NCBI GenBank assembly: GCA_003531155.1
Contig: DQHR01000078.1
Coordinates: 351 to 36,117, forward strand
DNA from: Bacteroidales bacterium
GTDB taxonomy: Bacteria > Bacteroidota > Bacteroidia > Bacteroidales > Tenuifilaceae
Direction: 5' to 3'
DNA: 35,767 bases
In this document: positions 22,913-31,084 of the stretch, in pieces
Numbering within the stretch: the first letter of the stretch is position 1
Layout of the letters: each line of letters starts with the position of its first letter
Position numbers and translations under genes: made by a program
The notes under the pieces: generated by a model
Told to the model about the DNA's origin: nothing
The model's database searches: none
What the model saw: the letters and a program-made list of their open reading frames with translations, nothing else

Positions 22913-23038
22913 TTACCCTTTATTATTTTGAGCCTTAACACTTGTGCTTGCATAAGCAGGGCATGAGTGTTTCATACACGAGGCCATTCCCAGCAACATC
23001 GTTGCTAGAAATACAATTGCAAGTAATCGTCTCTTCAT
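22913..23038 (-). CDS. Mini-lipoprotein (41 aa precursor, ~21-aa mature peptide), CxKxxCPAY family, paralog 2 (absent from the ORF track)
   Basis: Hand translation of the minus strand gives MKRRLLAIVFLATMLLGMAS|CMKHSCPAYASTSVKAQNNKG, ending at TAA (22913-22915). Upstream in-frame ATGs lie at 23044 and 23047. It has the same architecture and the same C-x-K-x-x-C-P-A-Y motif as the neighbouring gene. Confidence 0.6.
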   Translation of the reverse strand: MKRRLLAIVFLATMLLGMASCMKHSCPAYASTSVKAQNNKG

Positions 23039-23103
23039 ATTCATCATTTTTTAGTTGCACAGTTACAAAATCTGTTCCCAAAATCTGCAATAATTATATA
23101 CAA

Positions 23104-23121
23104 CAAAAGTATTCAAATATA
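23104..23121 (-). promoter_or_regulatory. Two candidate Bacteroidota -7 boxes (TAnnTTTG) for the mini-lipoprotein genes
   Basis: Minus strand TACTTTTG (23111-23104) and TATATTTG (23121-23114), 57-74 nt upstream of the first possible start codon. I found no clear -33 TTTG. Confidence 0.4.
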
Positions 23122-23310
23122 TGTTCGATTTTTTTTTGAAAAGGAGATATAAATCACCAATGAAAAAAACTCATAGACTAATAAACGAGATGTAAACTCG
23201 ATGAAAGTTGAAGATTTGCAGGTTTTTAATGTAATAATCGGTTTGACGAAATGTGCTTCAGATGGATTCAATAGCTATTTTCTATAGATGAAGAGTCTCA
23301 TGTCCTTAAC

Positions 23311-23346
23311 AAAAAAACCTGCCAGCAAAATACTGACAGGTTTTTT
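23311..23346 (-). terminator. Rho-independent terminator after the 2182-aa gene
   Basis: Minus strand reads aaaaaa-cctgtcag-tattttg-ctggcagg-ttttttt. The stem includes one G.U pair on the minus-strand RNA (C.A on the plus strand). It lies 22 nt after the TAA at 23368-23370. A- and T-runs flank it on both sides. Confidence 0.8.
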
Positions 23347-23367
23347 AGATTATCTAGAAGAAGTTGA

Positions 23368-26300
23368 TTACTGTTTAATCATCTTCTTAGTTGATTTTTC
23401 GCCTTTATCGCTGACGAACGTTACAAAGTACATGCCCTTGTTAAGTTCTCCTGTGCTGATAAAGTTAGTTTGGTTAACAACCTCGTTTCTTACAACTTGA
23501 CCAGTAATGCTTGTAATAACTATGCGTTTAACATTTGCAGAACCCTCAAACCTAATTTCGTTTGTGAATGGGTTAGGATAAACGGTTAGGTTATCGTTGA
23601 AGTTATCTTCAATACCAGTTGTAATATCAACGATGTCGCCAGCACTACGTGGGTTAAGTTCATAAGTTTGAACCGAATTGTAATAGTTGTCAAATAGTAC
23701 ACCTGTGATTCTGTACTGATGGGTGGCTATTAAAGCTAAATCGGCATACAAACCTTTGTAGATTTTTAAGTCACCAGTTCCATCATTAACAGTATAGCTA
23801 CCATTAGCACCACCCGCAGCACAAGTTGCAAGATTAACTTTTATCAATACACCCTCGTACATTTCATCGTTAGCGGCAAGAGTTGTAACTTCAGTTACAG
23901 CAGGTAACGAACCTTGTCCATTTATGGTTACGCCATTCTCAACAGGAACAAGCTCAGTTAGCTTATTATACTCGTTAACAGTTGCGGTTATATTTACATT
24001 ATCCAATATGCTAACTGGGGTTGGTGTGTAAACATAAATACCATTCCAAGCACCTGCGGCATCTTGAATAGTAAAGCCTACTTGAGCACCACCTGTAGAA
24101 GCATATTTAATAGCAGTTACAACGCCACTTGTTTTAACGTATTCATCCATGTAAGGGCTATTGCCAGATGGATCTGCCGTAGTTTGAATTTGAGCAATTG
24201 TATAAGTAGGTATTGTAGCAGTTGTAACCTGTTTCATCTCAACACTTGAAACGTTTGGTGTAGCCTGTTTATCTTCGGCAACAAAGTAAAAATCGTATGC
24301 TGTGTTGTCAGTAAGACCAGTTACATTAACAGTGTACTCAGTATTTGCAGCAACTGCATCAATTATAGTTCCTTGTGCTTTAATTTCAGCAACGGTTGGA
24401 GCAGTTGCATCTTTTGCAACTTTGTGGAAATAAACAAAACCTATCTCATCAATTTTTACCTTAACATCTAATGTGAATGGTTCAACATTTTCAAGAACTG
24501 GGTATCCACTAATAAACGAAGGTGCGATAACATCAGAATCAATACCTGTTCCGCTAACAGCAATATTTTTGGTAGTAACATCACCATTTTCAATGGTAAT
24601 ATTAGCACTGTATGCTTGAATAGCAGCAGGATGGAATTTAACATAAATAGATGTTGGAGCAACAATACCTGATGCAGGGGTCAACGAAATTGGGCTTTCA
24701 GAAACAAAGTTTGCACCTGATTGTTTTGAAATCTCAAACCCTGCAGGAGCTGTAATAACTATATCACTTGAAAGGTATACTCCACTTACAGTAAATAATT
24801 GTTCACCCGCACCTATCGTACCCGAAACAATATTTCCAAAGTCAGGTAAGGTATTAACATCAGTAGTCATTGTAGGCTCTGGTAAATACATGTTATGAGA
24901 ACCTAAATATGAGAACTCATCTTTTGGATACACAATCCACTCAGAGTTTTCTTCGGTAGTACCTGCTGAAGTTGTCCAGTCAGTGTTCCCTTTAGTAGCT
25001 GTTGGTTTACGAATAATAGTATGGTCTACTGAAGCAGCAGTAGTTCCAGCAATATCAAAACTTGTAGCTGTAGTTATTTCAATACCAAATACATCAATAA
25101 GGTCTGTGCCTTTAAATAACCCTAAAGCGTCATTCCCATTGAAACTGGTAACATTTGAACCGTCGGCAGGGTAGGTTGGGCTGATTAAATCACCTTTGTC
25201 TTTAATGGTTTGTGATGCATTAGCATTGTAAATTACGTATACATCTCCTGCAGCAAGAGTGCCAGAAAGAGGAAGTGAGCATGTAGCACTTTCACCTGTT
25301 GAGTTTTTACCAAAACCAGCACCATTAGTTGAGATTTTAATTGTATAAGCGCTCAAATCAACAGCAGCGTTTGTTGGATTATAAATCTCAATGGCTTTAT
25401 TATTACTGCTTCCTTCAACATATTCAGAGAAGAACAATTCTTTTTCAGTATTATCAATTCTAAATACTATTGAATAAGTTTTGGTATCACCATTTTCAGC
25501 AGTTACTAAAACAGTTGCTGTACGTGCAGCCACATCACCGCTTAAATCGGTTACTTGTGTTATTGATGTAATCGTTGCATCAGCATTGTTTTTGGTAGCT
25601 GTAACATTTGGAATTGATGAGCCAAAAGGTAATGATACAAAATACTTAATAATATTTGCATCAAAACCTGTAACGGTAGTGCCATTATATTGAAGATCGC
25701 TTAACGTAGCATCAGTACTCTTAACAACAGTAAATACAATTGTGTAAACTTTTGAGATGTTTACATCTTCAGCAGTTACAGTTATTGTAGCAGTACGTTC
25801 AGCGAGCGTTCCTTTAAGGTTGGTTGCATCAACAACATTTACACTTGCTCCTGCAAAGTTTTTAGTTGCTACGATAGTTGGAATTGAACTTCCGTAAGGC
25901 AATTCAACATTGTAGTTTAAGGTTGCAGGATCGAATGAAGGCACTTGAGTCGTATTGTATTTTAAGTCACTCAATGTTGCATCGCCTGATTTTACATAGA
26001 ATATAACATTGTATGTTTTTTTTGTGACATTATCCTGAGCAGTAACCTCAATTGTTGTAGTTCTTTCAGCAAGAGTTCCTACTAGATTTGTTGCAGCTGT
26101 TACCTGTGCATTTGCCAAAGGATCATTGGTTGTTGCTGTAACTGTTGGAACAACAGTAGTGTTAGCTGCTAACGAAATGTTATAGGTTAATGTTAAAGGA
26201 TTAAAGGTTGCAATGGCAACACCATCAACCTTGATTTCGGTTAAAGTTGCATCGGTACCAGGAACAGCAACATTAAACTCAATTGTATATGTTTTCTTTG

Positions 26301-29300
26301 AGTTATCCTGAGCCGTTACCTCAATACTGGTTGTTCTATCTGCTGCAGTTGCGCTAGTTACATCTGTTGCATTAGTAACAACGGCTGTTGCTGTTGCATG
26401 ATTTGTGGTTGCTGTAACAGCAGGAGTTGCAGTTGTTCCAACGGGTAATTCGTAGGTGTAAGCAGTTGTTGTAGATACAAAACCAGAAATTGTTGTGCCT
26501 TCCACTTTCAAATCCGATAGGGTGTTGTCAGTGTTAGCAGGTGTAACGCTAAAGACAACGGTGTAAGTTGTTTCTGCAATACCATCTTCGGCAGTTACCA
26601 CTACAGTAGCTGTACGTTCTGCTTCTGTGGCAGTAATGCTTGTTGCTTGAGTAATTGCAACATTTGCATTAGCATCAGTAGCGGTTGCTGTAACAGCTGG
26701 TACAACTGTTGAACCAAATGGAAGTTCTACGTTATAGGTTAAAGTTGCAGCATCAAAACTAGGAACAGAGGTTGCATCGTATTTTAAACTGCTAAGTGAA
26801 GAAACAGTAGCTGGTGCAATTCTTGTAATAGTATAAGTTTTAGTTGTAGTACCATCCTGTGCTGTAACAATAAGTTTATACCCAGTTTGTAGATCAGTAG
26901 CAACAGTTGTTCCGTTGGTTTCGTATGTTTCAAATGTAGCACCAGTTGCAGGAGTGATATTTCCTTCAAAAGTTGCTAGGTTGTGAGCATATGGAATGTT
27001 TGTAATGGTTTCAGCTCCATTGTCAACAGTATAAACTGTAGATGAAATTGTTGCATCTGAACTAGGAGCAACAGTTACTGTAACAGTGTATAATTGAGTT
27101 GTACCGTCTTGAGCAGTAACAGTATAATCAACAGGGTTTGTGAAATCTGTTGTAGCACCACTTGCAGGTGAAATCGTTGCATATTTCGAAACGGTAATTG
27201 TTGGAGCAAGAGTTGTTACGTCTGTGCCATTTGCGACCTCAATTGAAACAGTGTGATTTACGCCATTAATTGTTGCAGCACCAGTTTGACTAGCAAGAGT
27301 AAATGTTAATAAATCTTTAGCACTGCTCTTTACTTTATGCCATCCAATATAATTAAAATCATCTTGAGGATAAATTGTCCATTGAGAGTTTTCAACTGTT
27401 GTTCCTGACGAAGCAGCCCAATCAGTAGACCCAAAAGTTACAGCATCTTTACGTACTAAAGTGAACTCTGACGTTGCTCCTGCGCCACCAGCTACAGACC
27501 AGTTTGTTCCAGGATCTCCAGTGGTTAAACCAATAACATCAATTAGTACATCATTTTTAAAAAGGCCAACAGCATCATCGCCGTTGAAATAAACTATTAA
27601 TCCTGTATCATCAATCAAATCGGCTACTGCCTTAATGCTAGCATTAGCGCTTGCATGAGCAATAACATATACTTTACCGGGCTCTAGAGTTCCTGTAAGA
27701 GGAAGAATTGTACTAAAATCAGCACCGTTAGAACCTTTCTTTAAACTGTATTGTGTCAAATCAACAGTTGACCCTGTTGGATTGTAAATCTCAATAGCTT
27801 TATTATTGCTTAATCCTTCAATATATTCTGAGATGAATAGTTCAGCAGGAGGTGCAGCATTTAAAGTGATTGTATATGTTTTTTTAGTAGTTCCATCCTG
27901 AGCTGTAACAATAACTTTATATCCACTTGCCAAATCAGTTGCTACATCTGTACCATTAGCTTGGTAAGTATCAAATGTTGCATCAGTAGCTGGTGTTAGA
28001 TTGGCTTCAAATGTAGCTAAGGTTTCATTATATGGAATATTTGTAATTGTTTCAGTACCATTATCAACGGTATATGTCCCAGATGAAATAGTTGCATCAG
28101 TACTTGGTGCTTTATTTGTAACAGTTACAACCCAATCTAAGGTCGAAGCATCTTCGGCAGTTACGGTGTATGTTACATCGCTAGTAAAATCGTTTGGAGT
28201 TGTTCCGCTAACCTGATCGGTTGCTCCTACCTTTACAGTTGAATTTGGTGAATGAGTAAAAGTAGCTATAAGACCATTTCTGTTTATTCCATAACCAACT
28301 TCAATGGCAATAGTATGAGCTGTGCCATCGATTGTTGCGGCTCCTGTTTGCTCAGCAAAAGAAAAGGTAAGAATATCTTTTTCGCTACTCAGGGTAACCA
28401 GTTTTGTAATGGTATAGGTTTTTTTTGTAGTACCATCTTCAGCAGTAACAATAACCTTATAACCAGTTTGTAAATCAGTTGCAATAGTAGTTCCATCTGA
28501 TTCGTATGTCTCAAATGATGCTAATGCTGCAGGGGTTATATTCGCTTCAAAGGTAGCAAGGGTTTCAGATGCTGGCACATCGGTGATTGTTTCAGCACCA
28601 TTATCAACGGTATATGTTCCTGATGTAATAGTTGCATCTGTGCTTAAAGCAACAGTTGTCTCATCAATTTTAACAGGACTCGCTTGTAAGTTTGGAGTTC
28701 CATCCTCCGCAACAACATAAATATCATAATCGGTACCTGGTGTTAAACCAGTAATATTACTTGTGAAATCAGTTGTAGCAGTAGTAATTGACTTGTTTCC
28801 AGCAAAAAGCGCAGCTCCACCACCATTAGCAGTACCCGCTTTAACTTCAGCTGCAGTTGGTGCTACAGCATCATTAGCAAGAACAACATAATATGCAGTT
28901 CCTGCTTCGCTCATATTATAAACTAGGTCGAAGCTCGTTTTAGCAAGGTTGGCAGTTTTTGGATAGGTTAATGTCCAAGTTGGAGCAGTAACATCAGCCT
29001 CGGTTAATCCATTTCCTGATGATTCGTCTGAATAGTTAAACGCTTTATCTACTGTGTAAACTTTATAATAATATGTCATTCCGGTTGATAAACCATTATC
29101 TGTAAAAGAAGTTCCTGTTCCGATATAACAAACCGTACCCTGATTTACAACGGTGAAAGTATTCCCAACGGCATAAATTCCATTCTGATTTGGATCGTCA
29201 GTTGCATCAGGGTTTACGGCATAACGAACTACAACATAACCCCCGCCATCAACATCTGCGGCAGCAAGCCAGCTAACATCTAACGAATTTGATGTTGCGT

Positions 29301-29916
29301 TATTAACTGTTACTGCTCCTGGTGTGCTAGGAATTGTTTCGTCTAATGTTCCACTATAAATAACAACGTCATCGATGTCAAATTCTGCAGTTTTTGCTGC
29401 TGTAGATTCTTTAATACTTATTACAGCAAAGCCGGAAGCATTTGCTGTAACGGTAACTTGAGCGGAGTATTTTGTCCAATTACTTTGATTTTGAGCAGTG
29501 TTATAAGCCCCATAAACGTATGCTCCTCCACTTATACCGCCTCTTATGTCTCCATAATTTGTGGCACCATCATTGTTTTTATCTCCTCTATAGAAAAATT
29601 GAATAGTATGCTGTCCAGCAGTAATATTTGCACTTGCAGGTCCACGAAGGGTCATGTGTGTTGTACTAGTCATGGAGATGGTAGCATATTTAGGGCCAGA
29701 TCTTCCATTAGTTGTATTGAGTGTAGCTGTTAATCCTGCAGCACTTCTATACCATTCAGTTGGGTTAGAGGTTGTTCCCCAAGGTCCAATTTGGCCTTCA
29801 AACCCTCCATCTTGACTTGGGTATGCTCCAATAATTTGTTGCCCCCAACTCACTTTTCCTGCTATAAGCAGCATTGCGGTAAGGGCGGTTGTTTTGAGTA
29901 AATGTTTAAAATTCAT
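23368..29916 (-). CDS. Giant T9SS-secreted surface protein: jelly-roll/CBM-like N-domain, FN3-like domains, 3 short Ig-like modules, 2 lamin-tail domains (LTD), 5 cadherin-like repeats, OB-like region, type-A T9SS sorting domain
   Basis: 2182 aa.
- Signal peptide: ...LLIAGKVSWGQ.
- LTD1 (~27340-27843): ELFISEYIEGLSNNKAIEIYNPTG...FNGDDAVGLFK.
- LTD2 (~24905-25440): ELFFSEYVEGSSNNKAIEIYNPTN...FNGNDALGLFK.
- Five ~90-aa DATLSDLK...F(D/N)..(T/I)..Y.V.LP.G......VTA...V(T/V)AEDG/QD..K.Y.I.F repeats.
- C-terminus: LTVYPNPFTNEIRF...KGMYFVTF...TKKMIKQ. Confidence 0.85.
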   Translation of the reverse strand: MNFKHLLKTTALTAMLLIAGKVSWGQQIIGAYPSQDGGFEGQIGPWGTTSNPTEWYRSAAGLTATLNTTNGRSGPKYATISMTSTTHMTLRGPASANITAGQHTIQFFYRGDKNNDGATNYGDIRGGISGGAYVYGAYNTAQNQSNWTKYSAQVTVTANASGFAVISIKESTAAKTAEFDIDDVVIYSGTLDETIPSTPGAVTVNNATSNSLDVSWLAAADVDGGGYVVVRYAVNPDATDDPNQNGIYAVGNTFTVVNQGTVCYIGTGTSFTDNGLSTGMTYYYKVYTVDKAFNYSDESSGNGLTEADVTAPTWTLTYPKTANLAKTSFDLVYNMSEAGTAYYVVLANDAVAPTAAEVKAGTANGGGAALFAGNKSITTATTDFTSNITGLTPGTDYDIYVVAEDGTPNLQASPVKIDETTVALSTDATITSGTYTVDNGAETITDVPASETLATFEANITPAALASFETYESDGTTIATDLQTGYKVIVTAEDGTTKKTYTITKLVTLSSEKDILTFSFAEQTGAATIDGTAHTIAIEVGYGINRNGLIATFTHSPNSTVKVGATDQVSGTTPNDFTSDVTYTVTAEDASTLDWVVTVTNKAPSTDATISSGTYTVDNGTETITNIPYNETLATFEANLTPATDATFDTYQANGTDVATDLASGYKVIVTAQDGTTKKTYTITLNAAPPAELFISEYIEGLSNNKAIEIYNPTGSTVDLTQYSLKKGSNGADFSTILPLTGTLEPGKVYVIAHASANASIKAVADLIDDTGLIVYFNGDDAVGLFKNDVLIDVIGLTTGDPGTNWSVAGGAGATSEFTLVRKDAVTFGSTDWAASSGTTVENSQWTIYPQDDFNYIGWHKVKSSAKDLLTFTLASQTGAATINGVNHTVSIEVANGTDVTTLAPTITVSKYATISPASGATTDFTNPVDYTVTAQDGTTQLYTVTVTVAPSSDATISSTVYTVDNGAETITNIPYAHNLATFEGNITPATGATFETYETNGTTVATDLQTGYKLIVTAQDGTTTKTYTITRIAPATVSSLSSLKYDATSVPSFDAATLTYNVELPFGSTVVPAVTATATDANANVAITQATSITATEAERTATVVVTAEDGIAETTYTVVFSVTPANTDNTLSDLKVEGTTISGFVSTTTAYTYELPVGTTATPAVTATTNHATATAVVTNATDVTSATAADRTTSIEVTAQDNSKKTYTIEFNVAVPGTDATLTEIKVDGVAIATFNPLTLTYNISLAANTTVVPTVTATTNDPLANAQVTAATNLVGTLAERTTTIEVTAQDNVTKKTYNVIFYVKSGDATLSDLKYNTTQVPSFDPATLNYNVELPYGSSIPTIVATKNFAGASVNVVDATNLKGTLAERTATITVTAEDVNISKVYTIVFTVVKSTDATLSDLQYNGTTVTGFDANIIKYFVSLPFGSSIPNVTATKNNADATITSITQVTDLSGDVAARTATVLVTAENGDTKTYSIVFRIDNTEKELFFSEYVEGSSNNKAIEIYNPTNAAVDLSAYTIKISTNGAGFGKNSTGESATCSLPLSGTLAAGDVYVIYNANASQTIKDKGDLISPTYPADGSNVTSFNGNDALGLFKGTDLIDVFGIEITTATSFDIAGTTAASVDHTIIRKPTATKGNTDWTTSAGTTEENSEWIVYPKDEFSYLGSHNMYLPEPTMTTDVNTLPDFGNIVSGTIGAGEQLFTVSGVYLSSDIVITAPAGFEISKQSGANFVSESPISLTPASGIVAPTSIYVKFHPAAIQAYSANITIENGDVTTKNIAVSGTGIDSDVIAPSFISGYPVLENVEPFTLDVKVKIDEIGFVYFHKVAKDATAPTVAEIKAQGTIIDAVAANTEYTVNVTGLTDNTAYDFYFVAEDKQATPNVSSVEMKQVTTATIPTYTIAQIQTTADPSGNSPYMDEYVKTSGVVTAIKYASTGGAQVGFTIQDAAGAWNGIYVYTPTPVSILDNVNITATVNEYNKLTELVPVENGVTINGQGSLPAVTEVTTLAANDEMYEGVLIKVNLATCAAGGANGSYTVNDGTGDLKIYKGLYADLALIATHQYRITGVLFDNYYNSVQTYELNPRSAGDIVDITTGIEDNFNDNLTVYPNPFTNEIRFEGSANVKRIVITSITGQVVRNEVVNQTNFISTGELNKGMYFVTFVSDKGEKSTKKMIKQ
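25459..26805 (-). repeat. Five tandem ~270-nt coding repeats (cadherin-like beta-sandwich units)
   Basis: The array runs from VSSLSSLKYDATSVPSFD... (codon at 26803-26805) to ...TKTYSIVFRIDN (about 25459). The units are recognisably homologous at the protein level and divergent at the DNA level. Confidence 0.8.
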
Positions 29917-29978
29917 AGGCGTTTATGTTTAGTTAATATTTTGGGATTTCGCAGTGTGTCTATATTTTAAGTCCTTTG

Positions 29979-29986
29979 CAAAATTA
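29979..29986 (-). promoter_or_regulatory. Candidate -7 box (TAATTTTG) for the 2182-aa gene
   Basis: The + strand reads CAAAATTA, an exact TAnnTTTG match on the minus strand, 63 nt upstream of the ATG at 29916. There is no matching -33 TTTG. Confidence 0.4.
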
Positions 29987-30265
29987 AATTGTTTGGAGTT
30001 TAAGGGTGTTAAGTTAGGGTTAAATTTTAGACGAAACTAAGGTGTTTTTTCAATCTTATAAACAAGTTATTAGTTCAGCAAAAAGATAAAAAAAAGGAGC
30101 GATAAACAGAAAAATAGCCTATAGAAATGCGATGATTGTGCGTATTATTTTGCGCAAGCTATTTTTAGCTATATATGTATTATCTATATTGTTTCAAGGG
30201 TAAGAACCTGTAATTATAATTAATTGTAATAAGAGCACTTGTTAAGGCTATTAATTATACACGGT

Positions 30266-30296
30266 TTTGGCAGGTGTTAAATTTACCTTAGATTTG
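30266..30296 (+). promoter_or_regulatory. Bacteroidota-type promoter for the Crp/Fnr gene: -33 TTTG + -7 TAGATTTG
   Basis: TTTG at 30266-30269 and TAGATTTG at 30289-30296, with a 19-nt spacer as in the Bacteroides consensus. The ATG is 27 nt downstream. Confidence 0.65.
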
Positions 30297-30322
30297 CTTT
30301 TAAATCAAAAATTGGTTAATAA

Positions 30323-30991
30323 ATGTACAATATAATAGCTAACTCTCCATTTTTCAGAGGATTGACACCGCAAGATGTAGAGGCGATTCTAAATAAAATT
30401 TCTCATTCAGTTAAATCATTCTCTAAAGGACAAACCATTGCTCAACGCGAGGAGGAGGTGAACAACCTATGCATTGTGGTTGCTGGTAGCGTAAAAGGTG
30501 AGATGGTGGACTTTTCTGGTAAAATTCTGAAAATTGAAGAGATGTACGCTCCGCACCCAATTGCGCATGCATTCTTATTCGGAGAGCGAAATCGATACCC
30601 TGTTGATGTTATTGCTTTAGAGGATTGTAAAATACTGTTCATTCCTAAACCCGATGTAATTAGGATGTTGCAACACAACGATGTAATTCTTAAGAACTAC
30701 CTTAACGCTATTTCTAATCGAGCACAGTTTTTATCGAATAAGCTGTGGTTCTTATCGTTCAGAACTATCAAAGAAAAGGTTGCGCATTACCTTTTAAACC
30801 TTTCGCGAAGCGAAACCGGGAAAAATATTATGCTTCCGAAGTCGCATCAGGAGTTAGCAGAGTTTTTTGGGGTTACACGCCCATCATTGGCTAGGGTTTT
30901 TGCTGAGATGCAAGATGAAGGAATAATAACCGTAGATCGCCGTGCGATATCTATCATTAATAGGAATAAACTTGTTGAGATGATTAAGTAA
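30323..30991 (+). CDS. Crp/Fnr-family transcriptional regulator (cNMP-binding-like domain + C-terminal HTH)
   Basis: 222 aa. It has an N-terminal beta-roll-like region and a C-terminal HTH, SHQELAEFFGVTRPSLARVFAEMQDEGII. There is no N-terminal Cys cluster, so it is not an FNR-type Fe-S oxygen sensor. Confidence 0.85.
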   Translation: MYNIIANSPFFRGLTPQDVEAILNKISHSVKSFSKGQTIAQREEEVNNLCIVVAGSVKGEMVDFSGKILKIEEMYAPHPIAHAFLFGERNRYPVDVIALEDCKILFIPKPDVIRMLQHNDVILKNYLNAISNRAQFLSNKLWFLSFRTIKEKVAHYLLNLSRSETGKNIMLPKSHQELAEFFGVTRPSLARVFAEMQDEGIITVDRRAISIINRNKLVEMIK

Positions 30992-31084
30992 GTTGATAAG
31001 ATGATAGGTCAATAAGCTGATAAGTCATTTAAGAACCAATGATTCACGAAAATTTACTTACTTTACATCATATAAAATTATTGA

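Noticed and set aside
30139-30156. TGCG-N10-CGCA inverted repeat in the divergent promoter region as a Crp/Fnr autoregulatory site
   Set aside because: Only 4 bp per half-site match, the spacing is atypical for the family, and the site lies about 130 nt upstream of the identified promoter. It cannot be distinguished from chance.
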